In this document: one piece after another, positions 26,054 to 39,372 of the stretch
Numbering within the stretch: position 1 is the stretch's first letter
Layout of the letters: every line of letters starts with the position of its first letter
Assembly: GCA_965603825.1 (NCBI GenBank)
Contig: CBFDEM010000059.1
Location: 3,430 to 67,429 of the forward strand
DNA from: Blepharisma stoltei ATCC 30299
Taxonomy: Eukaryota; Protista; Ciliophora
DNA: 64,000 nt
Reading direction: 5' to 3'
The notes under the pieces: model-generated
The model's database searches: none
What the model saw: only the letters and a program-made list of their open reading frames with translations
What the model was told of the DNA's origin: nothing
Program-made: the position numbers and the translations under genes

Positions 26054-26087
26054 TTTATAGACTAATAAATATGTTATTCATTATTAC

Positions 26088-27017
26088 CTAAAGCATTCTT
26101 CTGTTTTCCAGCAATTTCTTTATATAAAACATTTGCCAAAAAGTAACCACAGCCACCCCAAAGCTCTCTAAAATGCTGAACCAGAACAAATTATCATTAG
26201 CACTCGCCACAGTCCTATAATGAGACTCCATTCTTAGCGTCGCGAATTGATTATCAACCTGAAAATCCTTTACTCCTTTTTGGATTTTCACTAAATATTG
26301 CTCTACAGGCTCTAAGTGCTGATTTAAAAGAATTTCTTCGGTTGAGTTCCCAGTATGCAGAGCTAGCGTCACATAATGTTTTTGCAATAAGCTGTAATTT
26401 TTGAACCTCAGGAAATACTGGCCTTTATACATAGCATCAAACCAAAAAACAGCTTCTTTCCTTTTTCTGAGCTCAATAAGGACTCTGTCCCTGGGGTCGA
26501 CAACAAAAAAGTCAATATCAGTAGTTTCTTTACTTGAGATAAACCAAGCTCCACGTACGTGTGAAGGTGAAATAGTTATATCAGCGTAAAATTCGTCTTC
26601 GCCACGTGGGACCATTTCAAAAGTGATCATTTCGTCAGGGACGAAGTCTTTCATGTGCTCTTCCCATTCTTTGGCAAGATCATATGTAGGGTCATCAGGG
26701 TTAACTTCGTGATGCTTGTAATCAGGGTCGTTTTCTCTTAATAAGTCTTCTTTGGTTATAGTATTTAAAGGAATTCCTCTAAAAGGCTCTTTAGCAGCTT
26801 CATCCTTTGGGGCAGGATTTTGAGCTGGAGGGTCTGCTGGCACAAATTTTTCATCATTAATTGGATTATTTGGGGCTTGATATATTTCTTCTTTATTTAG
26901 CGCTGAGTTTTCAAGTTCTTGCTGCTCATCAGTACTGTGTTCATGCTTTGGGATTTGCTCTTCTTGGTCTATTTGAGCAAAAGCTATGCTGATTATGATA
27001 AATAGTAAAATTTTCAT
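26088..27017 (-). CDS. p24/emp24/GOLD (TMED) family ER-Golgi cargo receptor with an acidic N-terminal extension
   Basis: Signal peptide MKILLFIIISIAFA (alternative ATG at 27041), GOLD-like DIDFFVVDP..GQYFLRFKN, coiled coil, LFWFSILES..WQMFYIKKLLENRRML tail. Confidence 0.92.
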   Translation of the reverse strand: MKILLFIIISIAFAQIDQEEQIPKHEHSTDEQQELENSALNKEEIYQAPNNPINDEKFVPADPPAQNPAPKDEAAKEPFRGIPLNTITKEDLLRENDPDYKHHEVNPDDPTYDLAKEWEEHMKDFVPDEMITFEMVPRGEDEFYADITISPSHVRGAWFISSKETTDIDFFVVDPRDRVLIELRKRKEAVFWFDAMYKGQYFLRFKNYSLLQKHYVTLALHTGNSTEEILLNQHLEPVEQYLVKIQKGVKDFQVDNQFATLRMESHYRTVASANDNLFWFSILESFGVAVVTFWQMFYIKKLLENRRML

Positions 27018-27338
27018 AATTATCTTATGTGGAATTGCCATGTACCCAATTTATTTCACATTAAAAGAAAATTCTAAGCAATATGATTGTAAATTATCAA
27101 ATAAAATTCTACTTTTCTTTAAATTTTGCGAATCTAATGTATTTTTCTATAAATAGCTCGCTGAAAATATAATTTTGAGAGAAATTTTCATGCGTTGTGT
27201 TAGTAATATATCTAGATAAAATGAGATCATAAGGCATCAAATTGAAGCTTTATCCTAATATATATTTCTTTCTGTTTAAGTAAATAAGAATTAATGATCC
27301 ATTGCATATTTTTAACACTAAAATAATTAATTTTTAAG

Positions 27339-28541
27339 ATGGCATCAGAACAAAAAGCTAGTCTTCAATGTTTGAGCTTAAATCTGCTTACAGAAATTTC
27401 TGAATATCTTCTACCCCTTGATATAGTCTCTCTCCTTGGAGTCTGCAAACGCCTCCACTCTTTTTGGACCTCCAAACTCGCCTATAAAACAATCCTAAAC
27501 CCACCCTATTTCAATCTAACTGTTAGAGAATCATGGCTTCTTTTGCAAATCAAATATTTATCTGAGCGTAAAAATTATCCTGAAATTCAAAGAATTGGTT
27601 CCTTGAAAATGATTTATGTTCTCGATATATCTTATAGCCCTTTGGTTTTGACCTTATTTTTAGATAAAAATTTATCAAAATGAAAACCATATAAAAACAA
27701 TAGATACAAAATTATCAAAAATCTTGAAACGAATTTCTCAGTTCATTCTCTGGCTTATCACAATGGCCATTTATGCATTCTATATACCAATAATATGCTG
27801 AGATGTTTATTAAATAGTGAAATATTGCTTAATATTGAGAATTTTGAAATAAATTATTTAAATGTGCTGAAAATGTTTTATTTGAATAATGCTGAGTATT
27901 TAGTATTATTTCTCAATTCAGGATGAGTCGTTTTTATGAATAATCAATGCGAAATTATTTCAAATCGAAAAATAGGTACTATTTCTGAATATAAAGTAAT
28001 AAAAAATGATATCTTTATTGCGTGTGTATATAATGAAGTCATTGCTATATCCCCAAATAAAGTCCAAAAACTTTGTGTCTTCAAAGATATAGTTAGCCCA
28101 AATATTTTTATAAATAAAGAAAGTCAAAAAATAATAATAGGAATTTCGAAAAATGTAGAGACTCAATTTCAGCATAAATCAATTCAAATTGCAAAAAAAG
28201 GAAAATATTATGCAGATATTGAGAGGCGTTTGTTTTTCCAAAAGATTAACAATAGAAGTTGTGTCTCAGTCGTTGATGAAAAAACTAATAAAAAATATCG
28301 ATTTAAAGCTGCTAGGGAAGTTGCTAGCATATTTGGCGACAAAAGAATGATACTTGTAGCAGTAAACCACTGAGAGAATAGGCAAACAAGTCTTTTATTT
28401 TATTTATGAGAAGATGGATCGCCAATTTTTACAAAAGATTTTGATAAGAATATAAATGTTTTAGGATTTGAGTTTCCTTATGTCATTTATTCGTATACTT
28501 CTGATATAATGATTGAGGAAATTCATGTTATGAAGTTGTAG
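27339..28541 (+). CDS. F-box protein with beta-rich C-terminal domain, tandem copy 1 (400 aa)
   Basis: LQCLSLNLLTEISEYLLPLDIVSLLGVCKRLHSFW is an F-box pattern; single frame with TGA=Trp to TAG. Confidence 0.8.
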
Positions 28542-29073
28542 GGAAAAAATTAGATAAATTTTAAAAATTATAAATAATTTATAGTAAGTCATCTCTCCAT
28601 ATAAGAACAGTCTCAGTTATTAAAAATACTTTTAGATACTATAGAGAAAATAGCCATGTGATATTTAAATTCAATTTAATGTGGAAATATTTTTAAGTCT
28701 AATAATTCTCTTATTTCAATTGATAATTGAGCATAGAGAATGCATATTAAATTGAGCAAAGATTTTAAGATTAAAGAATTAAGCTTCAATCCTTTAATAA
28801 TGAATTTTTCAGTACAAAAATAATAGTAGTTTAAGCATTAATAATATAATTTTAAAAAATCAACAATGAAGATCGAATTCCTTGAATTAGGCTTTGTTAT
28901 AAATTGGAGTTACACAAAAATAATATTTTGTTTTAACGATTTAAAAAAAATTTTTTATTTTATTTAGCCAATAAATCCTTGTAATTTTGAGGCATTAATA
29001 TAAGATTGATATGGATATCGATATAATAAATTTATAAACTCTTATTATAAAGTTGTTTATTTAATAACTATAA

Positions 29074-30270
29074 ATGGCATCAGGCTTCTTCAGATTGTCA
29101 GCTTTAAGTTACAACCTCTTCAATGAAATCGCTGATTTTTTGGAACCTCAAGAAATAGTCACAGTTTTGAGCATAAATAAATACTTTAATAAATTTTGGA
29201 ACTTCAGGGTCGCTGAAAAAATTTTCCCTCATATAAACTTTAGCACTGGTCTGAAACCTCGAGACAGATGAAGACTGGGAAAAATTAAATATTTTGCTCC
29301 TAAGTTTGCCTCATCAACAAAATCAATCGCTTCAAGCAAACGAATTTATCCTCTTTCAATCACATTTGACCCATTAAAAATTATCGCTTTAAGAGATATG
29401 TCCTTATCATTATGATTCCCTGAAACTAACGAAATAAAAATTATACCAATTTTACATGAAAATTTTTCTATTCACTTAATTGCATATGAAAATGATCAAT
29501 TAGCGATTATTTACACAAACAATAAGCTAGTTTTTTATACAGAAAGTGGGGAAATTAAACGAGAGCTTGATATTTGCTATTTATATATATCTAAAATATT
29601 TTATTTGGAAAAAGGAAATTATTTGGCTCTTGTCTCAACCTCTAGTGAAATAATATTTATGAATAATTTAGGAGAAACTGTGTCAAAAAGGACAATTGGG
29701 TTTCTTGCTAAATATAAAATAGTAAATTCTGACATATTCATAGGTCTTGTCAGAAGCCAATTATTAGCTATATCTCCCCATAAAGTAAAATTGCTTTTAG
29801 AGTGAAATGATTATAGGCGGATTCCAGATTTTTGGGTAGATAAGAAAAACAGCAAAATAATTGCTCATAGTACAACTGATTTTCAGTTTGGATATAAGAA
29901 TCCACAAGTAGAAGTTAAATCTTTTGGAGGGTTGATTTTCTTAGTAAATGAGCACTATCTTATGTGATTACAAGCGCAGCATGGCATTGAGAGTACTGTT
30001 ATAATTGACCAAGAAACCGAGGATATGTATGAAATTGATATGAAAGGAAAAATTTTTCAAATAGTGGGAGATAAAAATTTAATTGTAGCCCATTTTATAG
30101 ATATGAAAAGAAACACTATTTTATATTTTTTTATATGAAAGGAGAGGGAGCCACTTTATGCCTTAAAAATACATGAAAGTTTTGAAATATTAGATTTCCA
30201 ATTTCCTTATCTAATTTATATGGTGACTTGCGATGATGGAATAGGAAAATTAAAAGTAATGAAGGTGTAA
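29074..30270 (+). CDS. F-box protein, tandem copy 2 (398 aa)
   Basis: LSALSYNLFNEIADFLEPQEIVTVLSINKYFNKFW; single frame to TAA; shares the C-terminal ILDFQFPYLIY motif. Confidence 0.8.
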
Positions 30271-30370
30271 TTATTTAAGTTTATTAATTAATTTCTTTGA
30301 TATTTAAAAATTTTTATAGGGTTTATATTCCATAATTTCCTCAATTTCTACAATTATTTAAGTCTTGTAT

Positions 30371-31857
30371 ATGTCATCGGGAAACCTAGTTGATACCCTC
30401 AACCATAATCTCCTCAATGAAATTGCTGGATTTTTAAAGCCACACGAAATTGTAAGGCTTTTTAGCATAAACAAGCATTTCAATAAGTATTGAAATACCA
30501 AAATCGCTAAAATTTTCCCAGGTTTTCAAATCAGTTCAGATATGAATCTCCAAGACTTATGGAGATTGGCCAAAATTAGATACCTTGAATCAGAAAATCT
30601 CCATTGGTCCGTAAAGCATTTTCGAATTAGATGCAATTCTCCTCTCTACACCTTATATATGATCCTTTAAAAATAGTTCTTTTCAGCGAAAACGATTTTA
30701 TTATATGACTTCCAGAATCTGATGAAATAAAGTTCATCAAGATTTCATATCAAAATGATTATCGCTTGAGTTCATATGAAGGAAACAATTTAGCTGTTTT
30801 ATATAAAAATAACAAAATTGTTTTTTACTCAGATGACGGAACTGTAAGAAATGAAATAAGTTTGAATAAAATTAAAAATCATGAAGTTAGCAAAATGCAA
30901 CTCTTGAAATGTGGAAAATATCAATTATTAAGATATCCACCTGTAAGATTAAGGAATAGCAATGCATAAGCTAGATAAAGCTATTAGTAAGATTAAACTA
31001 ACTTCTGATGATGCAGTAGTTTATCATTCAGGAAAGAAAATTTATAAACTTTCTCCATGATTAATTATTAGCTTAGAGTTATTCATGCATTCGCAGCTAT
31101 TGTAATTTTGGTTTAGATAAGCTAAAAGCATTATTGATGATACTATTATATATCAATTCGATGTGTGTATATGCTAGGTTTCACAGGCGAAAGTGTATCG
31201 GAGATGGTGATGAACCAAAGTTCAGTCCTGGGCATGAATTTATAGTGGGAAAATGGGACATTAAGCTGGAAAGGATTCCCAACATGCCAGAGGGATGATT
31301 TTATTTTCCAGTAGAAACATATATATAGTACAATGCCAGATGTTGCATCCTAGACTGTGAGTTTTCATTTCTTCATCAGCTGGCCAGAAATTTCAGCCTT
31401 TTGAATTTTCTATAACGACTCTGATAAACTTGGAAAAATAATCGTTCATACCCCATATTATGGTGAATTCAAAAAGGACCCTTCAGTCATGATAGTAAAT
31501 TTTGATGAAAAAGCATGATTTGCGAATGGACTCCTTTTAACAGCGCCTTCAAAACTTGAAAGAAATTTTCTAATAACTGAAGAAACGTCTTATATGAAGT
31601 ATGAAGTCCCGAAGTGCGGAAAAGTATCAAGTATCATTGGAGATAGCAATATATTTTTAGTTCATCTTTCTGATTATTTTTATCCTGGATATGGACTTAT
31701 TCATGTTCTGTATTTCTACATATGAGGAGAGAGGCTTCCATTTTATGAAAAATATTTTTTTAAGCACATTGAAATTTTAGAAGTCAAATTCCCATATATA
31801 GTTTATATGATACCAAATAAAGATGGAGTGAATGATTTCTATGCAAAGAGGCTTTAA
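30371..31857 (+). pseudogene. F-box protein, tandem copy 3, disrupted by frameshift/deletion and an ~300-bp insertion
   Basis: MSSGNLVDTLNHNLLNEIAGFLKPHEIV; aligns to copy 4 except for lesions at ~30640 and ~30935 and foreign sequence at ~31065-31365. Confidence 0.75.
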
Positions 31858-32019
31858 TTGCTAAATGCTTTACTATTATTAACTTTAGTTTCTTATATAT
31901 AACTACTTTATAATTCTAATAGAATCCGCAATTTTTATGTAAGAAAAATTATTATAAAATGCTACTAGTTAAGCTAGCAAATTTATCAACTTAATAAAAA
32001 GAATTCATATTCGTTTATC

Positions 32020-32530
32020 TAAGGGTATATAGGCAGACATCTCTATAAAATTTCACCACGATTATTTACATCTCGTTAAATTCCATAAATATTTACTAGA
32101 GAACTTTTGGTTTGACCAAGAAAACCCAAAAATAATTGCTCATCGTCTATATCAAAAGCAAATAGGAAAACCCTTCAGTTTTAGTGAAGAAATTAATGGA
32201 AAATCTTTTTAGTGAGTAGGCTCTTTTTAACAGTATCTTGGATTATGCCTGAATCAAATTTTATAATTTGTGAAGTGAAATTTCGTATACAGAATGAAAT
32301 CCCAATGGCAGGAGGGGTATTAAGCGGACAAAAATTAGCTTTTATATCACCTTTATTGTAGTTATGATAGTGAGCTCGCGAATATTGTATATTTCTACAT
32401 GATAAGAAAGGCTTCCTTTTTATAAAAAACTTCTCAATAAGCGATTTTTTAGAAGTCAGTATCCATATGTTATATTTAAGATACCTAATAAATGTGATGT
32501 TTCTGATATCTATGCTGCGAGACTTTATTA
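32020..32530 (+). pseudogene. Degenerate 3' fragment of the F-box family
   Basis: Residual similarity to the 3' halves of copies 3 and 4 (AAAATAATTGCTCAT, GAAATCCCAATG, TATTTCTACAT..GAAAGGCTTCC). Confidence 0.65.
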
Positions 32531-32865
32531 GTTGGTATTATAAGTTTTAGTTTCCTTATATATTTTTAATATATATTTCATATTTATCTTAGTCTCTCAT
32601 TGTCCATGCTCTAATAAAATAAGGGGACATCCTTCAGTTTTAAAGACCATTTTGATGAAAAAGTGCGGCTTTTCGTCAGCTTCTTGAACCATGCATTAGC
32701 AAAAAGCCTAATAAATTCCAAACAGAGAAAGAGCAAGAGTGTAAACATAGAATTGAGGATATTAACATATTTTCAGCTCGAGATAAATATGGATATATTC
32801 ATATTCTGTTTTTCAGAATTAGGAGTCTCATAAATTAATTATTCTATATCATTATATTTATAATA

Positions 32866-34083
32866 ATGACGTCAAGAAGCTTATTCGAAACCTTGAACTA
32901 TAATCTTCTAAATGAAATTGCTGAATTTTTGAAACCACATGAAATAGTTGCAATTTTAAGCGTAAACAAGCACTTAAATAAGTTTTGAAATAGCAATATT
33001 ACTGACAAAATTTTCCCTGGTTTAGAAAGCAGTGGAAATTTAAACCCTTGGATCCGATGGAAACTGACCAAAATAAAATACCTAGAGACTGAAAATCTTG
33101 ATTTGCCTATTAAAAGCATATGGCTTCACAAAAATAACTACCCTCTCAAAATCTCATTTGACCCTCTAAAAATCATTCTTTTTCAGCACGATAATTTCAT
33201 TACATGAATTCCAGAATCCGACAAAACAAAAAGCATAAAAGTTGGGAATAAAGAGGATTCTGCTTATTTAAGTGCTTATGAAAACAATAATCTAGCAGTT
33301 TTATACACAAATAGCAAGCTGGTATTTTATTTAGATAATGGAATTATTAGAGTTGAGAATAATTTAGGAAGCTGGAATAGCCTTGCTTCGACCAAACTAC
33401 TCTATTTAAAAGGTGGGAGATATTTGATTATTGCCAATAAATTTAGTGAAATTGCTTTTATAGACAGTATTACTGGGAAAATTATAACAAAGCAAAAGCT
33501 AGAAAGTCCTATTGAAAAGCTAAAGCCGCTAACTCGAGATACTCTAGTTTGTCTGTCAGGGAGGCAGCTTTGAGCAGTTTCTCCATGATTAGTTAAGCTT
33601 CTCATTAGTTTTCCTGGTGATATGCCAATTGATTTTTGGTATAATAAAGAAATTCAAAAAATAATCATCCACAGCCCATATAGTAACTATCTTTTTGATA
33701 AAGACCCTTCCGTTATATTGAAAAAGTTTAGTGGGAAAATTTTTCATGTAAACAAGCGCTTTTTCACAGTTCCTTGCGATATGTCAAGTGAAAGATTAGT
33801 TGTTGGAGAAGAAGACTCTCAAATGCACTACGAAATTCCAATGAATGGAGAGGTATTTAATATTATTGGAGATAATAATATGTTTGTAGTCCATCTGGTT
33901 CATTTTACTCCAGAATGCCAATATATTTATTTTATGTATTTTTATTTATGAGGAGAAAGGCTGCCGTTTTATGAAAAGCATTTCTACAAATGCTTTGAAA
34001 TTTTAGATTTTAAATTTCCAAACTTGATTTACATGATAATTAACGATGATGGTATAAATGACGTTTGTGCAATGAGACTGTAA
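32866..34083 (+). CDS. F-box protein, tandem copy 4 (405 aa)
   Basis: MTSRSLFETLNYNLLNEIAEFLKPHEIVAILSVNKHLNKFW; single frame with TGA=Trp to TAA. Confidence 0.8.
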
Positions 34084-34348
34084 TTTATTCTGTTATCTAG
34101 TTTATTTATTTATATAGATACTCAAAAACAAGATAAAAATTAATTACAGAAATAGGCTTAGAACTAAATTAAATAAGCTTAAAATAAAATTCATAAATAA
34201 ATATCTGAAAATACCAATATATCTACTTACCAAGGATGTATTCATATTAAAATCATATTTCACAATTTTATTGATTTTTCTTTAATTAAATATTTTATCA
34301 CATTTTAGCCTTTTATGTTTTCCACAAAATATAATTAAATTATAGCTA

Positions 34349-35809
34349 ATGTATTGCAATAGCGAGGGATGCCAAGGCAAGCCAGCTGCATGATGTGAGT
34401 GCCAAAACCAAAAAACCCTTATTTGCCAATCCCACATAGCATCTCATCTCCAGACCCCAGCTCCCAATGGCCAGATTCACTTTATTAAAGTAATCGAATA
34501 CAAAAGCATCAATTTATCAGCATCAAAAAACCTCATTAAAACAGTCCAAACCAAAAGAGAAAAACTAATCTCTTCTAAGGAAGAAATGATCAAAACTGCT
34601 CATGAAGAAATATTTGCTATAGAAGCAAGGCTAAAAGAATCAATAAGAAAAATCAATGATGAATTAGAAAATTTAAATGGGCTAATTTGCGAAATAATTT
34701 CAATTTCAGAAATCCCAAATATCCCCCTAAGTCCAATCCGCGAAATATTAAGCCTGCCAGACCTCGATGCTGCTAAAAAACTTGACGAGCTTTTATCAGC
34801 TGAAACCTCCGAATTTGCAGATGCTTCGCCCTCTCTCGTAATATCAGCCTGAAAAAGTGCTCAAAATACTATTGACTATGGCAGCTTGCATGAATGCTGC
34901 AACCCGATAAAAGTAAGCTCAAAAGGAATAAGAGCAGTTTCCTTTTCCCCATCTGGACATCTATTTGCTACTGCAGGATTAGACTCAAATTTGCGACTTT
35001 GGAACTTCAAAACTCAAACACTGGTCGCAACTTATGGAGAGCACGACCCAAAAAGGATAAATTCAATAGCATTTCACCCTACTGGGAGCTTTGTCGTATC
35101 ATCCAGTGCCGACAACACCATGATCCTTTGGACTCCTTTCCATCAAAAATCTATAAAAACATTCAAAGGTCATGAAGGCTCTGTCAGATCTGTGTGTTTT
35201 TCACCAGATGGCTATTTTATAGCATCTGGAAGCAATGATAAAACAGTAAAATACTGATTTATAGCCCAAGGCTTAATTGTTCACAGCTTTAGAGGCCATT
35301 TAAAAGAAGTCACATGTGTCACATTTTCCCCTAGTGGTCGTTTTATTGCCTCAGGAAGTGCGGATTCTACGGTTAAAATATGGAAAATTGCTGAAAGGTG
35401 TATGGGCACTGAGATAAAATCAGAACCAGGCGAAATTAAAACGATTTCTTATTCTCATTCAGGTAATTTAATTGCATGGGGAGGGGAAAATAGGGCAATT
35501 TGGCTTTATTTTTTTAAAACAAAAACAAGTTCAAAACTGGCAGGACATACAGATACAGTTGAAAGTTTGGTTTTTTCACATTGCGATAATTTTATTATTT
35601 CAGGGGCTGGAGATAAGATTATTATTGTGTGGGATTTGAGGGATAATCGACAAGTCAGAGTGCTGAGAGGACATTCAGCAGCAGTTAGGTCATTAGCGTT
35701 TTCACCATGTGGGAAATATATTATTTCAAGTAGTGAGGATGGGTGCATTAAAACTTGGGGAGTTGATGAGACCGCAGCTCTTGGGCAACGCTCAAAGACT
35801 ACTATTTAA
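34349..35809 (+). CDS. B-box-like Cys/His domain + coiled coil + WD40 beta-propeller protein (486 aa)
   Basis: MYCNSEGCQGKPAAWCECQNQKTLICQSHIASH; heptad-rich middle; about 7 canonical WD40 repeats ([30 protein letters not shown], W=TGA). Confidence 0.92.
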
Positions 35810-35957
35810 ATAATTAAGGACAAATTTAATAATCTTATGATATATTTATAACTTTTTGTATTTAGGGTATATCTTAAAGAATTCAGCTTCGATAAAAATT
35901 ACTCTTTTTTGGAATACTATATCATACTTCATACTAATTAATATTTTATTTATAAAA

Positions 35958-38900
35958 ATGCTGAATCTCAGAGCCCTTATAAGATTTTTCTCAAGCAGAA
36001 ATGGGATTTTACCTCCAGGCCTTTCCAAACAAAGATCGATAATAGAATTCGAGCTAAAAAAGGTTAGGAACCCTGAGTCTTTTATCAGCATTTTAAAGGA
36101 CACACATTGATCGCCCCACCAGCAGATCTATGGGATTCTGCTTTTTAATAAGTGATTCGACAAGCATGATATAAATACCTTTATAATCAAAGAATATCAC
36201 CATGTGATTGAGATGATTTTAAGTGACATCCAAAATCTTGACTACCAAGCCGTCATTGATTTAGCTAATTTAATATCCAATTCCACCGGATGAAGAGAAA
36301 GATACCTAAACACAGAAAATATCGAATCCCTTAGATTTCGGATACATGAGCTAATTGAATCAAATTGCTATAACAAAACACAATTAATCAGCATTCATAA
36401 AGCATTGAAAAACTTAAAATTCAATGTGGAAAATCTCTCGCAAGAAATTGAAAAGATTTTGAAAAATCCTGCTATTCAGCTGAGTTTACAAGAAATAGCT
36501 GATATTGTGGTAGGATTGGACCTGAAATTAATGATGAGCCGCAAGCATTTATTTGGCCCAGTACTTGATCGAGTGATAGATATAAAAATTGAGAATTTTG
36601 ACTCACAATCAGCTTTAACAATATTGTCATTTTTTAAAAAAATTGATTTTGGTGCAGAATTTGAGTCTATTTTGCTAAAATATGTAGGGATTTTGGAAAC
36701 AAAAATGACTAATTGAAGTGAATATGAGCTGCTGGAGGCAGCAAAATGCTATAGCAAAATCAAAATAATGCCATCTGCAAAGTCAAATAGGCTTTGAAAT
36801 AATATCATAGAGGTGTTATTGAAGAAAGGAAATAAGACTGATTTGAGCTTTTTAATTGAAATTCTAAAAAATAGTGAAATTGCTAAAGAGAAGCTAGTAA
36901 AGCTGGCTTTAAGCTTAGTCTTTCCTAAACTAGAAAGAAGACTTATTAGAACTGAAGATTTACTCCCAATATTAGAGAGCTCCAAAAAAACTCCATTATC
37001 TTCAGTGAATTCAGAATTCCTAAAAAAACTCTTAGAAAGCTTACCATTTTATAATGAACTTGTCCTCTTTGAAGCTATCAATCATATATCATTCATTAAA
37101 TTTTCTAAATTAGGCTATATTTCCTCATTTTCATCAGTTCTGAACTTTGATAAAATTTTAAATTTTGACAAAAACTCCCTATCAAGATTGCCATATGACC
37201 AAAAGTTTATTATTTTAGATAAAATTTTCACCACACATCCCTCATTAAGGCCTATTCTTATGCCATGATCTGATTTTCTTATAGAAAATATTTCCCAAGA
37301 AATTTCAGATCCCCATAGATTATTTCAAATGCTTGCAAAGATTCGTAAGATCTCAACAATCCCAAATGAAACTTATATCTCCTCAGCAACTTTTAAAGAG
37401 CTAAAACCAATCCAGGAAAAAGTTTATAAGTTTTTGGACTTTAAACTGGCTGAAAAGAAATTTTATAAAGGGGTCTTGCTGTTCTCTTCAATATTTTATG
37501 AAAGCGATCCGAGTGCGTGGGTATATTTTATTGAGAAAAACAAGCTAATGATAAATGACCAAGATGAAATCCATCAAACAGTAAAATTCACAAATGCGCC
37601 TTTTGAAAAAATCAATTTGCTTCTTGAAAAGTATGATATTTACACGCCTAATATCATAAGGTCAGCGGTGCTAAGACTTCAGGGTTCCACTGATAAAGAG
37701 TTTTCTGATTTTTTGACCCACATTAACAATATTCATGCAGATAATTTTACGATTCAGCCAACTTCTTTTATTGATTGGCACTTGTTTTGGAAAATTTGCA
37801 GAGAAAATAAAACAAGTTTGATTTCAGACTTGCTTGACAAAATTAGCATGAAAATGATGAACTTGCCTTATTCTAAGCAAAATATTGATACTGCCATTTC
37901 AATAGCTAATATACTAAGCAATGCAGGAAAACTTACAAAAGAATATGCCAACAAGCTTATTAAAGAGCTAGATCCTAAGCTTGCTCTTAAAAAAGAGCTT
38001 ATAATTCCAATAATTCTTGAATCTTCAAATGAAGAGCTTAAAGTGCTTTTATTTGAAGAAATACTCAACTCTAAAATAAACTCCAGTCAATTTATCAATA
38101 TCATTGAGTTTATTCTGCAGAGGCCAAGGCAAGAAAATATTGAAAACATTGTTACCCAAAATATTTGAAATATCATAAAAAACTATAGCGTAGATGATAT
38201 CATATTAATTTTAAGCAGCCGCGAGCTATTTGAAAATTACAAAACAGAGCACTCAGGCTTAGTACACTTGATGCTGAGCAAATGCTCAGAGGTAATGAAA
38301 CATAAGCCAATTTACTTGCATCATATTTCAAATATATTTAGTATTTTACCATATGACTGACAGAATATCATTTCCCCAAATTCAATCATTAAAAAATTGT
38401 TACAGTCAAATGAAAGCTTGAAAATTGGATCATGAAACCAAAAGTTCATACAGAAAATGACTAACTCAGGATACAAAGATGATCTAATTAGTCAAATTCT
38501 GTTCAACAGTAAGAATACACAAGACCAACAATTTTTCCCAGATTGCCTATCATATATAGCTGATTTTAGACTAGAAGAAGACCCACTTGCAGTTGTGACA
38601 CATTCCAGGATCATGGCAGCCACCGAAAAGGACCAAATTGTGTTTGACAGCAATTTAGCGACTGTGAAGTATTGCTATGGACTTATCCGATGTGGAGGGA
38701 AAGAAGCTGAGATTAAGAGACACTTAACAAATGCCAAACAATATGAGGAAGAAAATTTGACGTTCAAGCACGTTTTAATTGATAATCATTTGGCCTTAAA
38801 TCATCCAGATTGGGGTTTACATCAGGAATATCCGAATTTTGGATTCAATTATTTGAGCTACTTTGGGATTGAACCAGAATTAATGAATCGATATAAAATG

Positions 38901-39155
38901 ATATTCCAAAGCCAAGGGGTAAGGGTCGGTGAATTCGTAAATAATGTCTGGGTGCCTCTATTTATACCTCTAAGACAAATTGCTTTGTGGCCGATCTCAA
39001 ATTTCATATTTTTTTACCAAACGAAAGATTTGAAAGGGGAATTTCACATGTATAAAACTCAATTGAGTCAAGTTTGCAAGAAAGTGGTCTTTTTGCCAAA
39101 AAATGTGGGTAAGGACTTCAAAATCCATGAATTTCTTGAAAAACCATCTATATAG
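35958..39155 (+). CDS. ~1065-aa helical-repeat protein, probably mitochondrial, with a possible degenerate C-terminal RAP domain (FASTK-like)
   Basis: MLNLRALIRFFSSR resembles a presequence; five ORF pieces in one frame joined by TGA; Leu/Ile-rich helical composition; C-terminus RQIALWP...LKGEFHMYKTQLSQVCKKVVFLP resembles RAP. The family call is tentative. Confidence 0.65.
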
Positions 39156-39372
39156 GTTAAAATAGCATAGATAAATTTACTATATTTATTTCATCAATTT
39201 CTAATTTTAAGTATTAATTATTTAAAAGCTATTAATTTTATATGAAAATTTAATTCACAAGCAGCTCCAGTTCTTTAATAATAGCTATTAAGCCTTTGTA
39301 AGAGAAATATCAGCCTTATAAGAACGAACTTTTAATTGAATATGAAGCCATCTAATATACAATAATTATAGA

